A stretch of DNA of 57,390 bases from Patescibacteria group bacterium (GTDB lineage: Bacteria; Patescibacteriota; Minisyncoccia; UBA6257; UBA9933). The DNA lies in NCBI GenBank assembly GCA_038063335.1, contig JBBTVF010000045.1:1-57390 (forward strand), read 5' to 3'. Numbering within the stretch: the first letter of the stretch is position 1; each line of letters begins with the position of its first letter. Shown here one piece after another: positions 36,496 through 46,640 of this stretch. The translations under genes and the position numbers were made by a program. The notes under the pieces are model-generated. The model was not told where the DNA came from. It worked only from the letters and a program-made list of their open reading frames with translations, and ran no database searches.

Positions 36496-38168
36496 AAATT
36501 ATTTTTTTTATTAATTGCCGCTCTTACAAATTCCCTAAACAACGGATGCGGTTTAAATGGCCGCGATTTTAATTCAGGATGAAATTGACTGGCAACGAAA
36601 AAAGGATGCTTTTCTTTCGGCAATTCAATAATTTCCATCAATCGGCGATTAGGAGAAAAACCGGAAAAAACTAACCCCTTCTTTTCAATTTTTTCAATAT
36701 ATTCGGGATTAACTTCATAACGATGGCGATGACGTTCTGAAATCAACGACTCCTTGTAAGCGTTGTAAACAATTGTTTTTTTCTTGATAGCCGCGGGATA
36801 CGCGCCCAACCGCATCGTGGCGCCGTAATTTTTATCCGCCAAATGCTTTTTTTGCTCCGGCAAAATATCAATTACCGGATGCGGCGTTTCCGGATTAACT
36901 TCCGTTGTATGAGCATTTTTTAAACCGACAACCGAACGGCTGTATTCTATCACCGACAATTGCATCCCATAGCAAAGTCCTAAAAACGGAATTTTATTCA
37001 AACGCAGATATTTAATAACCGCGATTTTCCCTTCCACTCCGCGACTACCAAAACCACCCGGAATAATAATGCCTTGATATTTTGACAATTCCTTGAGCTT
37101 GCGCGGACTTCGCCTCGCCGAAGGCAGGCTCCGTCCTGCCAAAGGCGGATTTTTTTCAAATTCTTCGGCGTCAATCCATTCAATTATCGGCTTAACTTTG
37201 TAAAAATATGCCGCGTGCTTTATCGCTTCAATTACCGAAATATAAGAATCCGTTAAAATAAAATTGCCTGTGCCGAAATATTTCCCCACAATGCCGATTT
37301 TCACGGTTTTTTTAGCGGTGTTCACCAGATTGGCAAGTTGTCTCCATTTTTTCAAATCCCGACTTTTCGGCCTTAACTTCAATTTATCCAAAATATTCCG
37401 ACTTAAATCGTCTTTTTCAAAATTCACTGGCACTTCGTAAATATTGCTTACATCCGGAGCGGAAATAACGTCTTGCTCGTGGATATTGCAATTAAAAGCG
37501 ATTTTAGCTTTCCTTTTTTTATCCAAAGACACGGTCGCCCGAGCAATAATAATATCCGGTTGAAGACCGGCGGAATTTAAAGTCCGAACAGCGTATTGAG
37601 TAGGTTTAGTTTTTAATTCACTGCCATCACTCAAAGACGGCAAATGGCTCACTAAAACTAAAACCACGTCATTCGGCTTTTTCAATTTAAGCATTCTAAT
37701 GGCTTCCAAAAATAAAATGTTTTGGTATTCGCCGACTGTGCCACCGATTTCCGTAATGGCGATTTCCGCTTTGTTTTTCGCGAGCGCCTTATCAATTCTA
37801 CTAATGACTTCAAGCGGAATATGCGGCACAACCTCAACGCATTTGCCGCCGTATTCAAGATTGCGTTCTTTATTGATAACCGACAAATAAATACTGCCGG
37901 TAGTCATATAATTATCGCCAGTCAAATCACGGTCCAAAAATCTTTCATAATTTCCCATATCTTGGTCGCATTCCGTTCCGTCGTTTAAAACAAAAACTTC
38001 GCCGTGTTCAGTGGGATTCATCGTGCCGGCATCAACATTCACATAAGGGTCTATTTTCAAAGCCGTCACTTCAAAACCGCGGGATTGCAAAATGCGGCCG
38101 ATTGAAGCCACTGCCACGCCCTTTCCCACTCCGGACATCACTCCACCGACGATAAAAATATATTTCAT
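36492..38168 (-). CDS. pyrG: CTP synthase
   Basis: GGVMSGVGKG, GLCYGMQ and HRHRYEVN motifs. Confidence 0.95.
   Translation of the reverse strand: MKYIFIVGGVMSGVGKGVAVASIGRILQSRGFEVTALKIDPYVNVDAGTMNPTEHGEVFVLNDGTECDQDMGNYERFLDRDLTGDNYMTTGSIYLSVINKERNLEYGGKCVEVVPHIPLEVISRIDKALAKNKAEIAITEIGGTVGEYQNILFLEAIRMLKLKKPNDVVLVLVSHLPSLSDGSELKTKPTQYAVRTLNSAGLQPDIIIARATVSLDKKRKAKIAFNCNIHEQDVISAPDVSNIYEVPVNFEKDDLSRNILDKLKLRPKSRDLKKWRQLANLVNTAKKTVKIGIVGKYFGTGNFILTDSYISVIEAIKHAAYFYKVKPIIEWIDAEEFEKNPPLAGRSLPSARRSPRKLKELSKYQGIIIPGGFGSRGVEGKIAVIKYLRLNKIPFLGLCYGMQLSVIEYSRSVVGLKNAHTTEVNPETPHPVIDILPEQKKHLADKNYGATMRLGAYPAAIKKKTIVYNAYKESLISERHRHRYEVNPEYIEKIEKKGLVFSGFSPNRRLMEIIELPKEKHPFFVASQFHPELKSRPFKPHPLFREFVRAAINKKNNL
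37099..37150. repeat. GC-rich palindromic patch in-frame in pyrG
   Basis: CGCCTCGCCGAAGGCAGG-ctccgt-CCTGCCAAAGGCGG encodes PPLAGRSLPSARRSPR in the linker before the GATase GGFG motif. Confidence 0.5.
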
Positions 38169-38255
38169 AATAGTATTCGCTAATAATGCGAATTTTTAAC
38201 AAATAATGCTAATTTATTCGCGTTATTAAATTTATATTCGCGTTATTCGCGATTA
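38169..38255. repeat. ATTCGC-rich spacer element (H family, copy 1) between fpg and pyrG
   Basis: AATAGTATTCGC...AATAATGCTAATTTATTCGCGTTATT...ATTCGCGTTATTCGCGATTA. Its end supplies the last codons and stop of fpg. Confidence 0.7.
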
Positions 38256-39223
38256 CTCTGGCATTTGGGACAATAATGTGCCGACCTTCCTCCTATTCTA
38301 ATTCTTTTTATCATACTCCCGCAACGTGGACAAGGTTCGCCTTCATGCTGATAAACCCCCACACCATAACGAGAATAATTATTTTTTTGCATAGAAAACA
38401 CCGATTCTCGTTTGGTGTGGGGGTAAACTTTTAACATTTTAGCATACCCGCCCAATTTTCCAAAAGCGTCGCGAAAATCGCTTATTGAAGTTCCGCGCAA
38501 TTTCACGGCCTTTTCTAAAATTTCTTTCATCGCCTTGTATAAGTTTTTAAGTTCGTAAGTTTTAAGTTTATAAGTTTGCCTTAGCGGATTAATTTTCGCC
38601 TGCCATAAAATCTCATCGGAATAAATATTGCCAATACCAGCGATTATTTCTTGGTCCATTAAAACCTGCTTAATCTTGCGTTTTTGCGACTTTATTAACT
38701 TTACAAACTTTATAACATTAAAACTTTTGTCCAGCGGCTCCGGTCCCAAATTTTTTAATTCCGGTAAATTTTCAATTTCATCTTTTGGTCCGAATAAAAT
38801 CTTGGCGAATTTTCGCAAATCCGAAAGTCCAACTTGCCAGCCATTGTCTAAATAAAGAATAAAATGAATATAATTATTAACTTTTTCTTCTAACGCGCCC
38901 TTGATTAAACTTCTCACTATTACTTTTTGTTTATCCTGAGCTTTGCCGAAGGACCATTTTCCATACAGCAAATGCCCTGTCATTTTTTGGTGAATTAATA
39001 ATAAAAAATTGTTAGTTAAATAAATAAGTATATTTTTCCCGCGGCGTTTTACGTCAATAATCTTCAATCCCTTAATTTGCTTTTCCAATTTATTGGGTTT
39101 TGTCCGCCAGCTGACGGATTTTATAAGTTTCGGCGCATTAAACCAAACGCCGACAATTTTTCTGCCGACGATTTTTTTCTTTAAGTCGTTTACAATTGTC
39201 TCAACTTCTGGCAACTCCGGCAT
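38243..39223 (-). CDS. mutM: formamidopyrimidine-DNA glycosylase (carries a 24-codon element-derived insert)
   Basis: MPELPEVE N-terminus (start chosen at 39223), H2TH region, C-terminal zinc finger CPRCG...CPKC. Confidence 0.9.
   Translation of the reverse strand: MPELPEVETIVNDLKKKIVGRKIVGVWFNAPKLIKSVSWRTKPNKLEKQIKGLKIIDVKRRGKNILIYLTNNFLLLIHQKMTGHLLYGKWSFGKAQDKQKVIVRSLIKGALEEKVNNYIHFILYLDNGWQVGLSDLRKFAKILFGPKDEIENLPELKNLGPEPLDKSFNVIKFVKLIKSQKRKIKQVLMDQEIIAGIGNIYSDEILWQAKINPLRQTYKLKTYELKNLYKAMKEILEKAVKLRGTSISDFRDAFGKLGGYAKMLKVYPHTKRESVFSMQKNNYSRYGVGVYQHEGEPCPRCGSMIKRIRIGGRSAHYCPKCQSNRE
38356..38423. mobile_element. E-family palindromic element E4 (68 bp) inside fpg, in frame
   Basis: CCCCCACACCATAACGAGAA ... 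TTCTCGTTTGGTGTGGGGG with direct TAAA/TAAA flanks. 68+4 = 72 nt = 24 codons. Confidence 0.85.
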
Positions 39224-39224
39224 A

Positions 39225-40928
39225 TTATTCAACCGCCACTCTTAAAACCTCTTCCAAAGTGGTTTGTCCTGATTCTATCTTTTCTAACCCGTCTTCAAAC
39301 ATAAGTCTCATTCCCTCCTGTCGCGCCTTATTTTTAATGATGTTCGTCCCTGATTTGGCGATAATCAATTCACGAATAGCGTCAGAAACATAAAGAATTT
39401 CAAAAAGCCCTATTTGTCCGCGATAACCGGAAAATCCGCAAACGCCGCATCCTTCGCCCTGGTAAATCATTTCCGGCATTTTCGCTTTAATATCCATACT
39501 TTTTAGATGACTTTGTAAAACGTTTAATAATTCTTTACCGGGCTTTATTGAATGAACGCACGCAGTGCAAATTTTACGCACCAAACGCTGAGCAATAACC
39601 ACGTTAAGCGTTGAAGAAATTAAAAACGGCTGTACGTTTAAATCAAGAAGTCGGGGAATCGCGGTTGGCGCATCATTGGTATGAAGAGTTGAAAGTAAAC
39701 GATGTCCGGTTAAAGAAGCGTTTACCGCAATATCTGCCGTTTCTCCGTCGCGGATTTCACCAACCATAATAATATCCGGATTCTGACGCACAAACGAACG
39801 TAATCCCGAAGAGAAAGTAAGCCCAGCCTTGACATTGACCTGCGTTTGATTCACTCCCGGAATATCATATTCTATCGGGTCTTCAACGGAAACAATATTA
39901 ACTTTTGGCGTATTAAGAATCCCCAAAATGGCGTAAAGCGTGGTTGTTTTTCCGGAGCCGGTCGGGCCGGTCACTAAAATCATTCCGCGCGGTTTTTTAA
40001 TAGCCATTTCTATTTTAGGCAATTCGCTTTGCGAAAAACCAAGTTCGTAAAGTGTAAGCGGTCGCAAAGAACCTTTTAATAAACGCATTTCCCCTTTTTC
40101 GCCGTGAAAAGTCGGAATTACCGAAACGCGAACATCGACAAATTGGTCTTCAATCGGAAATCTAAAACGGCCATCTTGCGGTGCGTTGTGAATGTCTATC
40201 TGCAAATTCGACAAAACTTTTATCCTCGCTATTAAAATCGGCGCGATAACCGGCGGCAAATTCAAAATTTCCTGCAAAATCCCGTCTATGCGATAACGCA
40301 CTATCAATTTATTTTCAAAAGTTTCGAAATGAATATCAGACGCTCCCGAAGTGGCGGCGTGCTCTATAATTGTATTGACGATATTCACAATCGGCACCGC
40401 TTCTATCATTTTTGACATATCCAGCGCTCCGGCAATGCCTATGGATTCTTTAAGATTTTCTTCAATAACTTTTCCGAATTCTTCGTTAATTTTCTTTTTA
40501 TATTGTCTCAAGCCGAATTTTAAATCGGATTGCGACATTAAGTAAATGTCCAACCAGACGTTAAGCAAAGTCCGAAGATAATTAATGGTATAAAAATCTT
40601 CCGGGTCAAGCATCGCCAATTTTCCGCGTTTTTCTTTCGGATTAAATTCAAAAAGAATCACGCCGCGGCTTTTAGCAAAAGCTTCGGGAATTAATTTTAA
40701 AACGTCTTGAGAAATATTAACCGTGGAAAGATTAATTTGCGAAACATTAAAAAATTTGGCAATGCTTCCGGCAAGATATTTTTCATCAATAAATCCCTTG
40801 CCAATAAGAATATCCAAAACCAAACGATTACTACGAACCGCTTCTTCTTCGGCCGCCTGATAATCATGTTCGCTCGCCAATCCGGTAGATTCAACTATTT
40901 TTTTGATGTCCTCGGATAATAAATGCAT
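39225..40928 (-). CDS. pilB: type IV pilus / type II secretion assembly ATPase (PilB/GspE family)
   Basis: Walker A GPTGSGKTTT, VGEIRD, tetra-Cys CTAC...CGVCGFSGY. Confidence 0.9.
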   Translation of the reverse strand: MHLLSEDIKKIVESTGLASEHDYQAAEEEAVRSNRLVLDILIGKGFIDEKYLAGSIAKFFNVSQINLSTVNISQDVLKLIPEAFAKSRGVILFEFNPKEKRGKLAMLDPEDFYTINYLRTLLNVWLDIYLMSQSDLKFGLRQYKKKINEEFGKVIEENLKESIGIAGALDMSKMIEAVPIVNIVNTIIEHAATSGASDIHFETFENKLIVRYRIDGILQEILNLPPVIAPILIARIKVLSNLQIDIHNAPQDGRFRFPIEDQFVDVRVSVIPTFHGEKGEMRLLKGSLRPLTLYELGFSQSELPKIEMAIKKPRGMILVTGPTGSGKTTTLYAILGILNTPKVNIVSVEDPIEYDIPGVNQTQVNVKAGLTFSSGLRSFVRQNPDIIMVGEIRDGETADIAVNASLTGHRLLSTLHTNDAPTAIPRLLDLNVQPFLISSTLNVVIAQRLVRKICTACVHSIKPGKELLNVLQSHLKSMDIKAKMPEMIYQGEGCGVCGFSGYRGQIGLFEILYVSDAIRELIIAKSGTNIIKNKARQEGMRLMFEDGLEKIESGQTTLEEVLRVAVE

Positions 40929-40985
40929 AAAAAAATAATTTTAAATTCTGAATTTCAATTAAATTTTAATTGACTAAATTTTAAA

Positions 40986-43586
40986 TTAACCACACAATCC
41001 CCAACCGCAACTCGGGCACTTAATACAACCCTCCTGCTTCGCAAGCGCGACATTGCAAGAAGGGCATATTTTAAAAGAATTTTCGCTTTGCGGTTCATCG
41101 CCATTATCAACCGGCGATAACCCCAAATTGCTGAACGGAGTCAAAGAAATATTGGCGCTAGCTTCGGCATAAACAGCCATTCCTTTTGTTTTTTCATCTT
41201 TTTTAATAAGTGTTAAATGCTGTAAAGAATCTTTTTCTTTTAATTTCTTTTTAATGCTCCCGCCGATTAAAACCTGATTTTTTAAAGATTTATCGCGATA
41301 AACAGTTACACCCTTACATCCCAATTCATAAGCCAACAAATAAGCTTTTTTAATGTCATCAACCGAGGCATCCGAAGGGAAATTGTTCGTTTTTGAAATT
41401 GACGAATCCGTCCATTTCTGAAAAGCCGCCAAAACTTTAATATGGTCAACCGGAGAAATATCCATCGCGGTCAAAAAAATCTTTTTAATGTTCGCGGGGA
41501 TGTAAGTAATGTTTTTGATACTGCCGTTCAACGCCGAGGCGTCTTTTATTAAATCTTCATCCATTAATCCTTCTTTTCTCATTCTTTCTTCAAATACCGG
41601 ATCAACATAATAAAAATTTCCGATTGCCACGCTTTTTTCAAAAACCAAACTGAATATCGGTTCAATGCCGCTGGAAGTTCCGGCAATCATTGAAATTGAA
41701 CCGGTTGGAGCAATAACAGTGTTAAATCCGTTTCTAATTCCGTATTTTTTTATTTTTTTCACGATTCCATTCCAATCAAGATGCCATGATTTCTTGTCTT
41801 TAAATCCGGCAAACGGCAATTTCCCGTCTTTATAAAATGATTTATCAAAATACGGCATTCTTCCCCTTTCCTTCGCAAGCTCAATGGAAGCCGATTTAGT
41901 GTGATAATTAATGAATTCCATCAAGCGTTCCATAAATTCCAGACACTGTTTAGAAGCGTAAGGAATTTCAAGTTCGTAAAACAAATCGGCAACGCCCATC
42001 ACACCCAACCCGAGCTTACGCGTATTTAAACTTATTTCTTCAATTTCCGGCAAAGGATATTTATTGATATCCACCACATTATCCAAAAATCTTGTGGCGA
42101 TTTTAACATCGCGTTCAAGCGCCTGCCAGTCAAAGTGCGGTTTTTTGCCGCCGTTTTTCTTTAAATATTCCCAAATGTTTATTGAACCGAGATTGCAAGA
42201 TTCAAAAGGATAAAGTAAAACTTCACCGCATGGATTAGTACATTCAATCGGCCCCAGATATTTCGCGAAGGGATTATATTCATTTATTCGGTCATAAAAT
42301 AAAATTCCCGGCTCAGCCGATTCCCAAACTTGGTAAGTAATCATATCAAAAAGCTGTTTCGGGTCTATTTCCTTGACAACCTTTCCATTCCTCGGATTTA
42401 TTAAGGGATACATTTTTCCTTCTTTTAAACATTGCCAAAATTCCGGCTTAACCATTATGGAAATATTAAAATTTCTTAAGGCCTTATTCCCTTCTTTAGC
42501 TTTAATGAATTTATCAATATCCGGATGGTCGCTGTTTAAAATTCCCATATTGGCGCCGCGCCTGATTCCGCCCTGTTTAATTGCATCCGTCATATTGTCA
42601 AACATAGACATAAAACTGATTGGACCGGATGAACTGCCGCCGGTGGTTTTTATAAAATCACCCTCGGGTCTTAAATGGGCAAAATTATATCCCACTCCGC
42701 CGCCTGACTTAAAAATAATCGCCGCGGCTTTTAAAGAATTCATTATTGATTCTATAGAATCTTCTACGCCAAGAACAAAGCAAGCCGAACCCATGCCTAA
42801 GTAATTACCGAAATTAGCCAAAGCCGGAGTGTTGGGCATAAAACGACGATCCACCATCAAATTATAATAAGCGTCAATTTCGGATTCATACTTATTAAAA
42901 TATCCTTTTTTAAAAAGTTCCAGAAAACTCTGCCAGGAAATTTTTATTTTTTTATCTTTTGCCAATCGGTCATACATCCTCTTCATTCCTTCTAAGTGGA
43001 ATTGATTAAGTTTATATTTGCCGATTGAAAACTTGCCTGCGAATTTTATCGGGTCAAATTCTTCAAAACGACGTTCTGAAACTCCGCCTACTTTTTTATA
43101 AATTTTAGAATCGTAAAAAAGAGAAGAAATCGCCGTATGCGTCGCCACTCTTTCAAAAAGCTGTTTGGGCGATTCTATTATTTTTCCGTCATCGTTTTTT
43201 CTCAAATAACGCGACGCCAAAACTCTTAGGGCGTTAATGTCAAATTTTTTATCAACTTCATCCACCTCTTCCTTATTTAAAACCTGCTCTTTTTCTTTTC
43301 TTATTTCCGCCCGATGTTGGCGGTATAAAATATAAGCCTTGGCAATGCGAGGGTGGACTTTTTCAATCAAAACTTGTTCCACAACATCTTGAACTTCTTC
43401 AACTGTGGGAATCGCGCCTTTTTTTATTTTTTTCTGCAAACGACGAAGCACTTCTTTTGAAAATTCCGTCGCCAACTGCCAATTCGGCTCTCCAACCGCC
43501 ACCGAAGCCTTGTAAATGGCATTTGTTACTTTTTCAATTTTGAACGGCGCTGTTTGGCCGTTACGTTTGCGGATAAGTTTGAACAT
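40986..43586 (-). CDS. nrdJ: ribonucleotide reductase, class II (B12-dependent) with ATP-cone
   Basis: ATP-cone N-terminus, TNPCGEVLL active-site motif, C-terminal CPSC..CIKCPSCG. Confidence 0.85.
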   Translation of the reverse strand: MFKLIRKRNGQTAPFKIEKVTNAIYKASVAVGEPNWQLATEFSKEVLRRLQKKIKKGAIPTVEEVQDVVEQVLIEKVHPRIAKAYILYRQHRAEIRKEKEQVLNKEEVDEVDKKFDINALRVLASRYLRKNDDGKIIESPKQLFERVATHTAISSLFYDSKIYKKVGGVSERRFEEFDPIKFAGKFSIGKYKLNQFHLEGMKRMYDRLAKDKKIKISWQSFLELFKKGYFNKYESEIDAYYNLMVDRRFMPNTPALANFGNYLGMGSACFVLGVEDSIESIMNSLKAAAIIFKSGGGVGYNFAHLRPEGDFIKTTGGSSSGPISFMSMFDNMTDAIKQGGIRRGANMGILNSDHPDIDKFIKAKEGNKALRNFNISIMVKPEFWQCLKEGKMYPLINPRNGKVVKEIDPKQLFDMITYQVWESAEPGILFYDRINEYNPFAKYLGPIECTNPCGEVLLYPFESCNLGSINIWEYLKKNGGKKPHFDWQALERDVKIATRFLDNVVDINKYPLPEIEEISLNTRKLGLGVMGVADLFYELEIPYASKQCLEFMERLMEFINYHTKSASIELAKERGRMPYFDKSFYKDGKLPFAGFKDKKSWHLDWNGIVKKIKKYGIRNGFNTVIAPTGSISMIAGTSSGIEPIFSLVFEKSVAIGNFYYVDPVFEERMRKEGLMDEDLIKDASALNGSIKNITYIPANIKKIFLTAMDISPVDHIKVLAAFQKWTDSSISKTNNFPSDASVDDIKKAYLLAYELGCKGVTVYRDKSLKNQVLIGGSIKKKLKEKDSLQHLTLIKKDEKTKGMAVYAEASANISLTPFSNLGLSPVDNGDEPQSENSFKICPSCNVALAKQEGCIKCPSCGWGLCG

Positions 43587-43654
43587 AAATAGTGTTCGCG
43601 AATAATGCTAATTATTTATTCGCATTATTAAATTTTAATTCGCATTATTCGTGA
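43587..43654. repeat. ATTCGC-rich spacer element (H family, copy 2) between ftsZ and nrdJ
   Basis: AAATAGTGTTCGCGAATAATGCTAATTATTTATTCGCATTATT...ATTCGCATTATTCGTGATTA fills the spacer from stop to start. Confidence 0.7.
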
Positions 43655-44839
43655 TTACTTTCTTTTTTTCCTCAAAAACGCCGGAATATCATACACGTCG
43701 TCCCAATTTCCGTTTTTTTCTTCGTTTATCATTTCTTCTTTTTCTTTTTTTTTTACGTCTTTGATGCCGCTTATCGCCGACATTTCAATTTTCTCTTTTA
43801 AATCTTTATTGGATGAAGGAATAATTTCTTCCGAAATAAAAAGATTCGGCAAAATTCCGTTGTTTGAAGATTTTACCACATCTCCGTTAAAATCCGCGGC
43901 TATTAAGGTAACTTTTAGCTGTCCTTTTTTAAGTTTGCGGTCATGATGGGCTCCAAAAATTATTTTTGCCGACGAATTGGCGTGTTCGGCAATCATTCTT
44001 GCCACGTCATTTATTTCGCTCATCTTCAAATCACGATGACCGGAAACGCTGAATAAAATTCTTTTTGCTCCATCAATGGAAATTTCCAAAAGAGGAGAAT
44101 TAATCGCCAAGTGAGCAGCCGTTGTGGCGCGCTCAGCCCCGCTGGAATAACCGATGCCGATAATTGCCGAACCGGCATTCTGAATTATGGCTTTTACGTC
44201 GGCAAAATCAACGTTAATAATTCCGGCAGTGGTAATCAAATCAGCCACTCCAATAACGGAATTTTTAAGAATCTCATCAACCGCTTCAAAGGCTTTCGTT
44301 AAAGAAGTATTTTGATTAATTACCGAAAATATTCGGTCATTAGGGATGGTAATTAAAGCGTCAACCTTGTCTTTTATTCTTGTTATTCCTTCTTCGGCTA
44401 TTCTTCGGCGTTCAAATCCTTCAAAAACAAAAGGTTTTGTGACCACGGCAACCGTTAAAATTCCCAAATCTTTGGCGATTTCCGCAACCACCGGTAAAGC
44501 GCCTGTTCCCGTTCCGCCGCCGAACCCGGCTGTTAAAAAAACCATATCCGCTCCGCTTAATACTTCGGCGATTTCCGCTTGATTTTCTTCGGCTGCCTGA
44601 CGACCCAAATCCGGATTCATTCCGGTCCCCAATCCCTTAGTAAGATTTTTCCCGATATAAACTTTCTTTCTGGAAATGCAAAAATTCAAATCTTGGACAT
44701 CCGTGTTAATAACAACGGAATCCGTGCCGCGAGGAAGTTCATCGCTCATTCTCGTTACGGCATTGCCGCCGGCCCCCCCGACACCGACGATTCTTATTTT
44801 TGCCAGATTGATATTTTTTGGTTTTTTTCTTTTTGCCAT
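43655..44839 (-). CDS. ftsZ: cell division protein FtsZ
   Basis: GVGGAGGNAV and GFGGGTGTGALPVVAEIAK. Confidence 0.96.
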   Translation of the reverse strand: MAKRKKPKNINLAKIRIVGVGGAGGNAVTRMSDELPRGTDSVVINTDVQDLNFCISRKKVYIGKNLTKGLGTGMNPDLGRQAAEENQAEIAEVLSGADMVFLTAGFGGGTGTGALPVVAEIAKDLGILTVAVVTKPFVFEGFERRRIAEEGITRIKDKVDALITIPNDRIFSVINQNTSLTKAFEAVDEILKNSVIGVADLITTAGIINVDFADVKAIIQNAGSAIIGIGYSSGAERATTAAHLAINSPLLEISIDGAKRILFSVSGHRDLKMSEINDVARMIAEHANSSAKIIFGAHHDRKLKKGQLKVTLIAADFNGDVVKSSNNGILPNLFISEEIIPSSNKDLKEKIEMSAISGIKDVKKKEKEEMINEEKNGNWDDVYDIPAFLRKKRK

Positions 44840-44977
44840 CCCTCACCTTTCGATGATTTTATTTATTTTTATATAAAAATAAATATTAATCAATCGAATT
44901 ATGTTAATTTATTTATATTTCTCATCCCATGTCCTCCAATTATAATTTTTAAAAATTATCCTCGAAGGGTGAGGGAT
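44838..44977. mobile_element. F-family element F5 (divergent) upstream of the ftsZ start
   Basis: ATCCCTCACCTTTCGATGAT ... ATCCTCGAAGGGTGAGGGAT (18/20 pairable). The interior is unrelated and holds two perfect AT palindromes. Confidence 0.75.
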
Positions 44978-44983
44978 TAAAAT

Positions 44984-46249
44984 TTAAGGCGTAAAATATT
45001 TAAAAATCTTCTTTAAATTTATAAAAGAAAACTTGTCTGAAATCGGCCATTCATTATTTCTCATCCATTGGTCTTTTGCCAATAAAAGCAATCCCAAAGA
45101 AACGGCGAATTCCGGGTCATTGACTTCGTTGTTTACATCCTGGTCAATAATTTCCATTTCACCAGCATCGGGAAATCCAATTTCAGCGGGAAGTTTTAAT
45201 TCTTCTTTAACAAGGTCAACGATTGACGGCATTTTCGCTCCGCCGCCGCAAAGTATTACCCCTGCCGGCAACCGGCCGTTCTTACCGATTAATTTTAACT
45301 CATTATTAACAAATTCAAAAATTTCCGTCAACCGGCTTTCAATAATTTCCGCGACTTCTCGGCGAGAAACAACAGATTTAAAATTTTTGTCAAGTTCGGA
45401 AATTTTCATACCGACTTTTTCTTCAATATCATCCGGTGATATTTTTTCCTTACTTGAAATTTCTTTAGCCAAGGCGTTTCCAAAAAAAATTTTAAACGTT
45501 TCCGCCAATTTAACCGAACATTTAAGGCCAATCGCCAAATCATTGGTAATGTGACCGGAACCAATCGGAAAACCGGCCGTATGCAATAGTTTCCCCTCTT
45601 CATAAACACTCATTGTGGTGGAGCCGCCGCCAATATCAATTAAAACCGCGCCTAAATCTTTTTTAATTTTTGTAAGAGTTGAACGGGAAGCCGCCAAAGG
45701 CCCGTAAATCAATCCGCTTATTTTACCGTCAAGCGTTTCAACTAATCTGGAAATATTTTTATAATTCTGCGAAGGAGCGTCTATAACCGCGCTATTGACT
45801 TCCAGCCGCGCGCCGAACATTCCCAATGGCTCTCGCGCGTCGCCGACGCCGTCAATAATAAATTCCCTGGTAATGGTATGAATAATCATTCTGTTCGGCG
45901 ACAGCTTAACGGCTTGAGACGCCTTAATCACCCTGTCAATATCGTCTTGGGAAATTTCGTTGTCAGCGCGCGAAACCGCCACTATCCCTTTTGAATTATG
46001 AGATTTAACGTTCGCTCCGCCGATATTTACGAAAATATTTTTTAACGCCGATTTATTAAGTGAAAATAAATTTTCAAAAATGCTTTTTAAAGAAAAAGAT
46101 GACTCGTTAATGTCGCTCACTTCCCCCTTGCGAATGCCGCTTGACGGACATTTAAAAGCGGCAATCAAAGATAATCTGCCGCCCTTCCCCGCTTCGGCAA
46201 CTAAAGCTTTAATTTTCGAAGTTCCTATGTCTAAAGAGGTGATGTACAT
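44984..46249 (-). CDS. ftsA: cell division protein FtsA
   Basis: Actin-fold: LDIGTSKIKALVAE, IDIGGGSTT. Confidence 0.88.
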   Translation of the reverse strand: MYITSLDIGTSKIKALVAEAGKGGRLSLIAAFKCPSSGIRKGEVSDINESSFSLKSIFENLFSLNKSALKNIFVNIGGANVKSHNSKGIVAVSRADNEISQDDIDRVIKASQAVKLSPNRMIIHTITREFIIDGVGDAREPLGMFGARLEVNSAVIDAPSQNYKNISRLVETLDGKISGLIYGPLAASRSTLTKIKKDLGAVLIDIGGGSTTMSVYEEGKLLHTAGFPIGSGHITNDLAIGLKCSVKLAETFKIFFGNALAKEISSKEKISPDDIEEKVGMKISELDKNFKSVVSRREVAEIIESRLTEIFEFVNNELKLIGKNGRLPAGVILCGGGAKMPSIVDLVKEELKLPAEIGFPDAGEMEIIDQDVNNEVNDPEFAVSLGLLLLAKDQWMRNNEWPISDKFSFINLKKIFKYFTP

Positions 46250-46640
46250 AATTTTCCTTTTTTTCCATTTTTATTCTATCACTTTTTCTTTTATGCGTAT
46301 AGCCAAATAAATGAAGAAGGGCGTGAATTAATAATATTGAATCTTGAAGCATAAAACATGAAGCATTAAGGTAAATTTCGCCCAAAAAACGCGTTTTCGT
46401 TTCAGGATGAGGAAAATTTATCGGCTCCACAAAACTTAAAACATTCGCAACCTTATCCTTGCCGCGATATTCTTTGTTTAATCGCCGCATCAACGCATTG
46501 CCGGTTAAATAAATATCAACCGCAACATTATCCTTGTTTAGAATTTTTAAAATCGCCAACGCAATCCTCTTAATGTCTTTTTCCAATTTTCCATTCGCCG
46601 GCTGGCGGACCAAACCAACAACTGTAATTCTATTTGCCAT
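46209..46640 (-). CDS. ybeY: rRNA maturation endoribonuclease YbeY
   Basis: ANVLSF and HALLHLFGYTH zinc motif. The 3' end overlaps the ftsA start. Confidence 0.75.
   Translation of the reverse strand: MANRITVVGLVRQPANGKLEKDIKRIALAILKILNKDNVAVDIYLTGNALMRRLNKEYRGKDKVANVLSFVEPINFPHPETKTRFLGEIYLNASCFMLQDSILLIHALLHLFGYTHKRKSDRIKMEKKENYVHHLFRHRNFEN

Noticed and set aside
19756-44977. The possibility that the repeated ~145-nt units form a CRISPR array.
   Set aside because: The copies are kilobases apart. Each is a long inverted repeat rather than a short direct repeat with unique spacers, and no cas genes are present.
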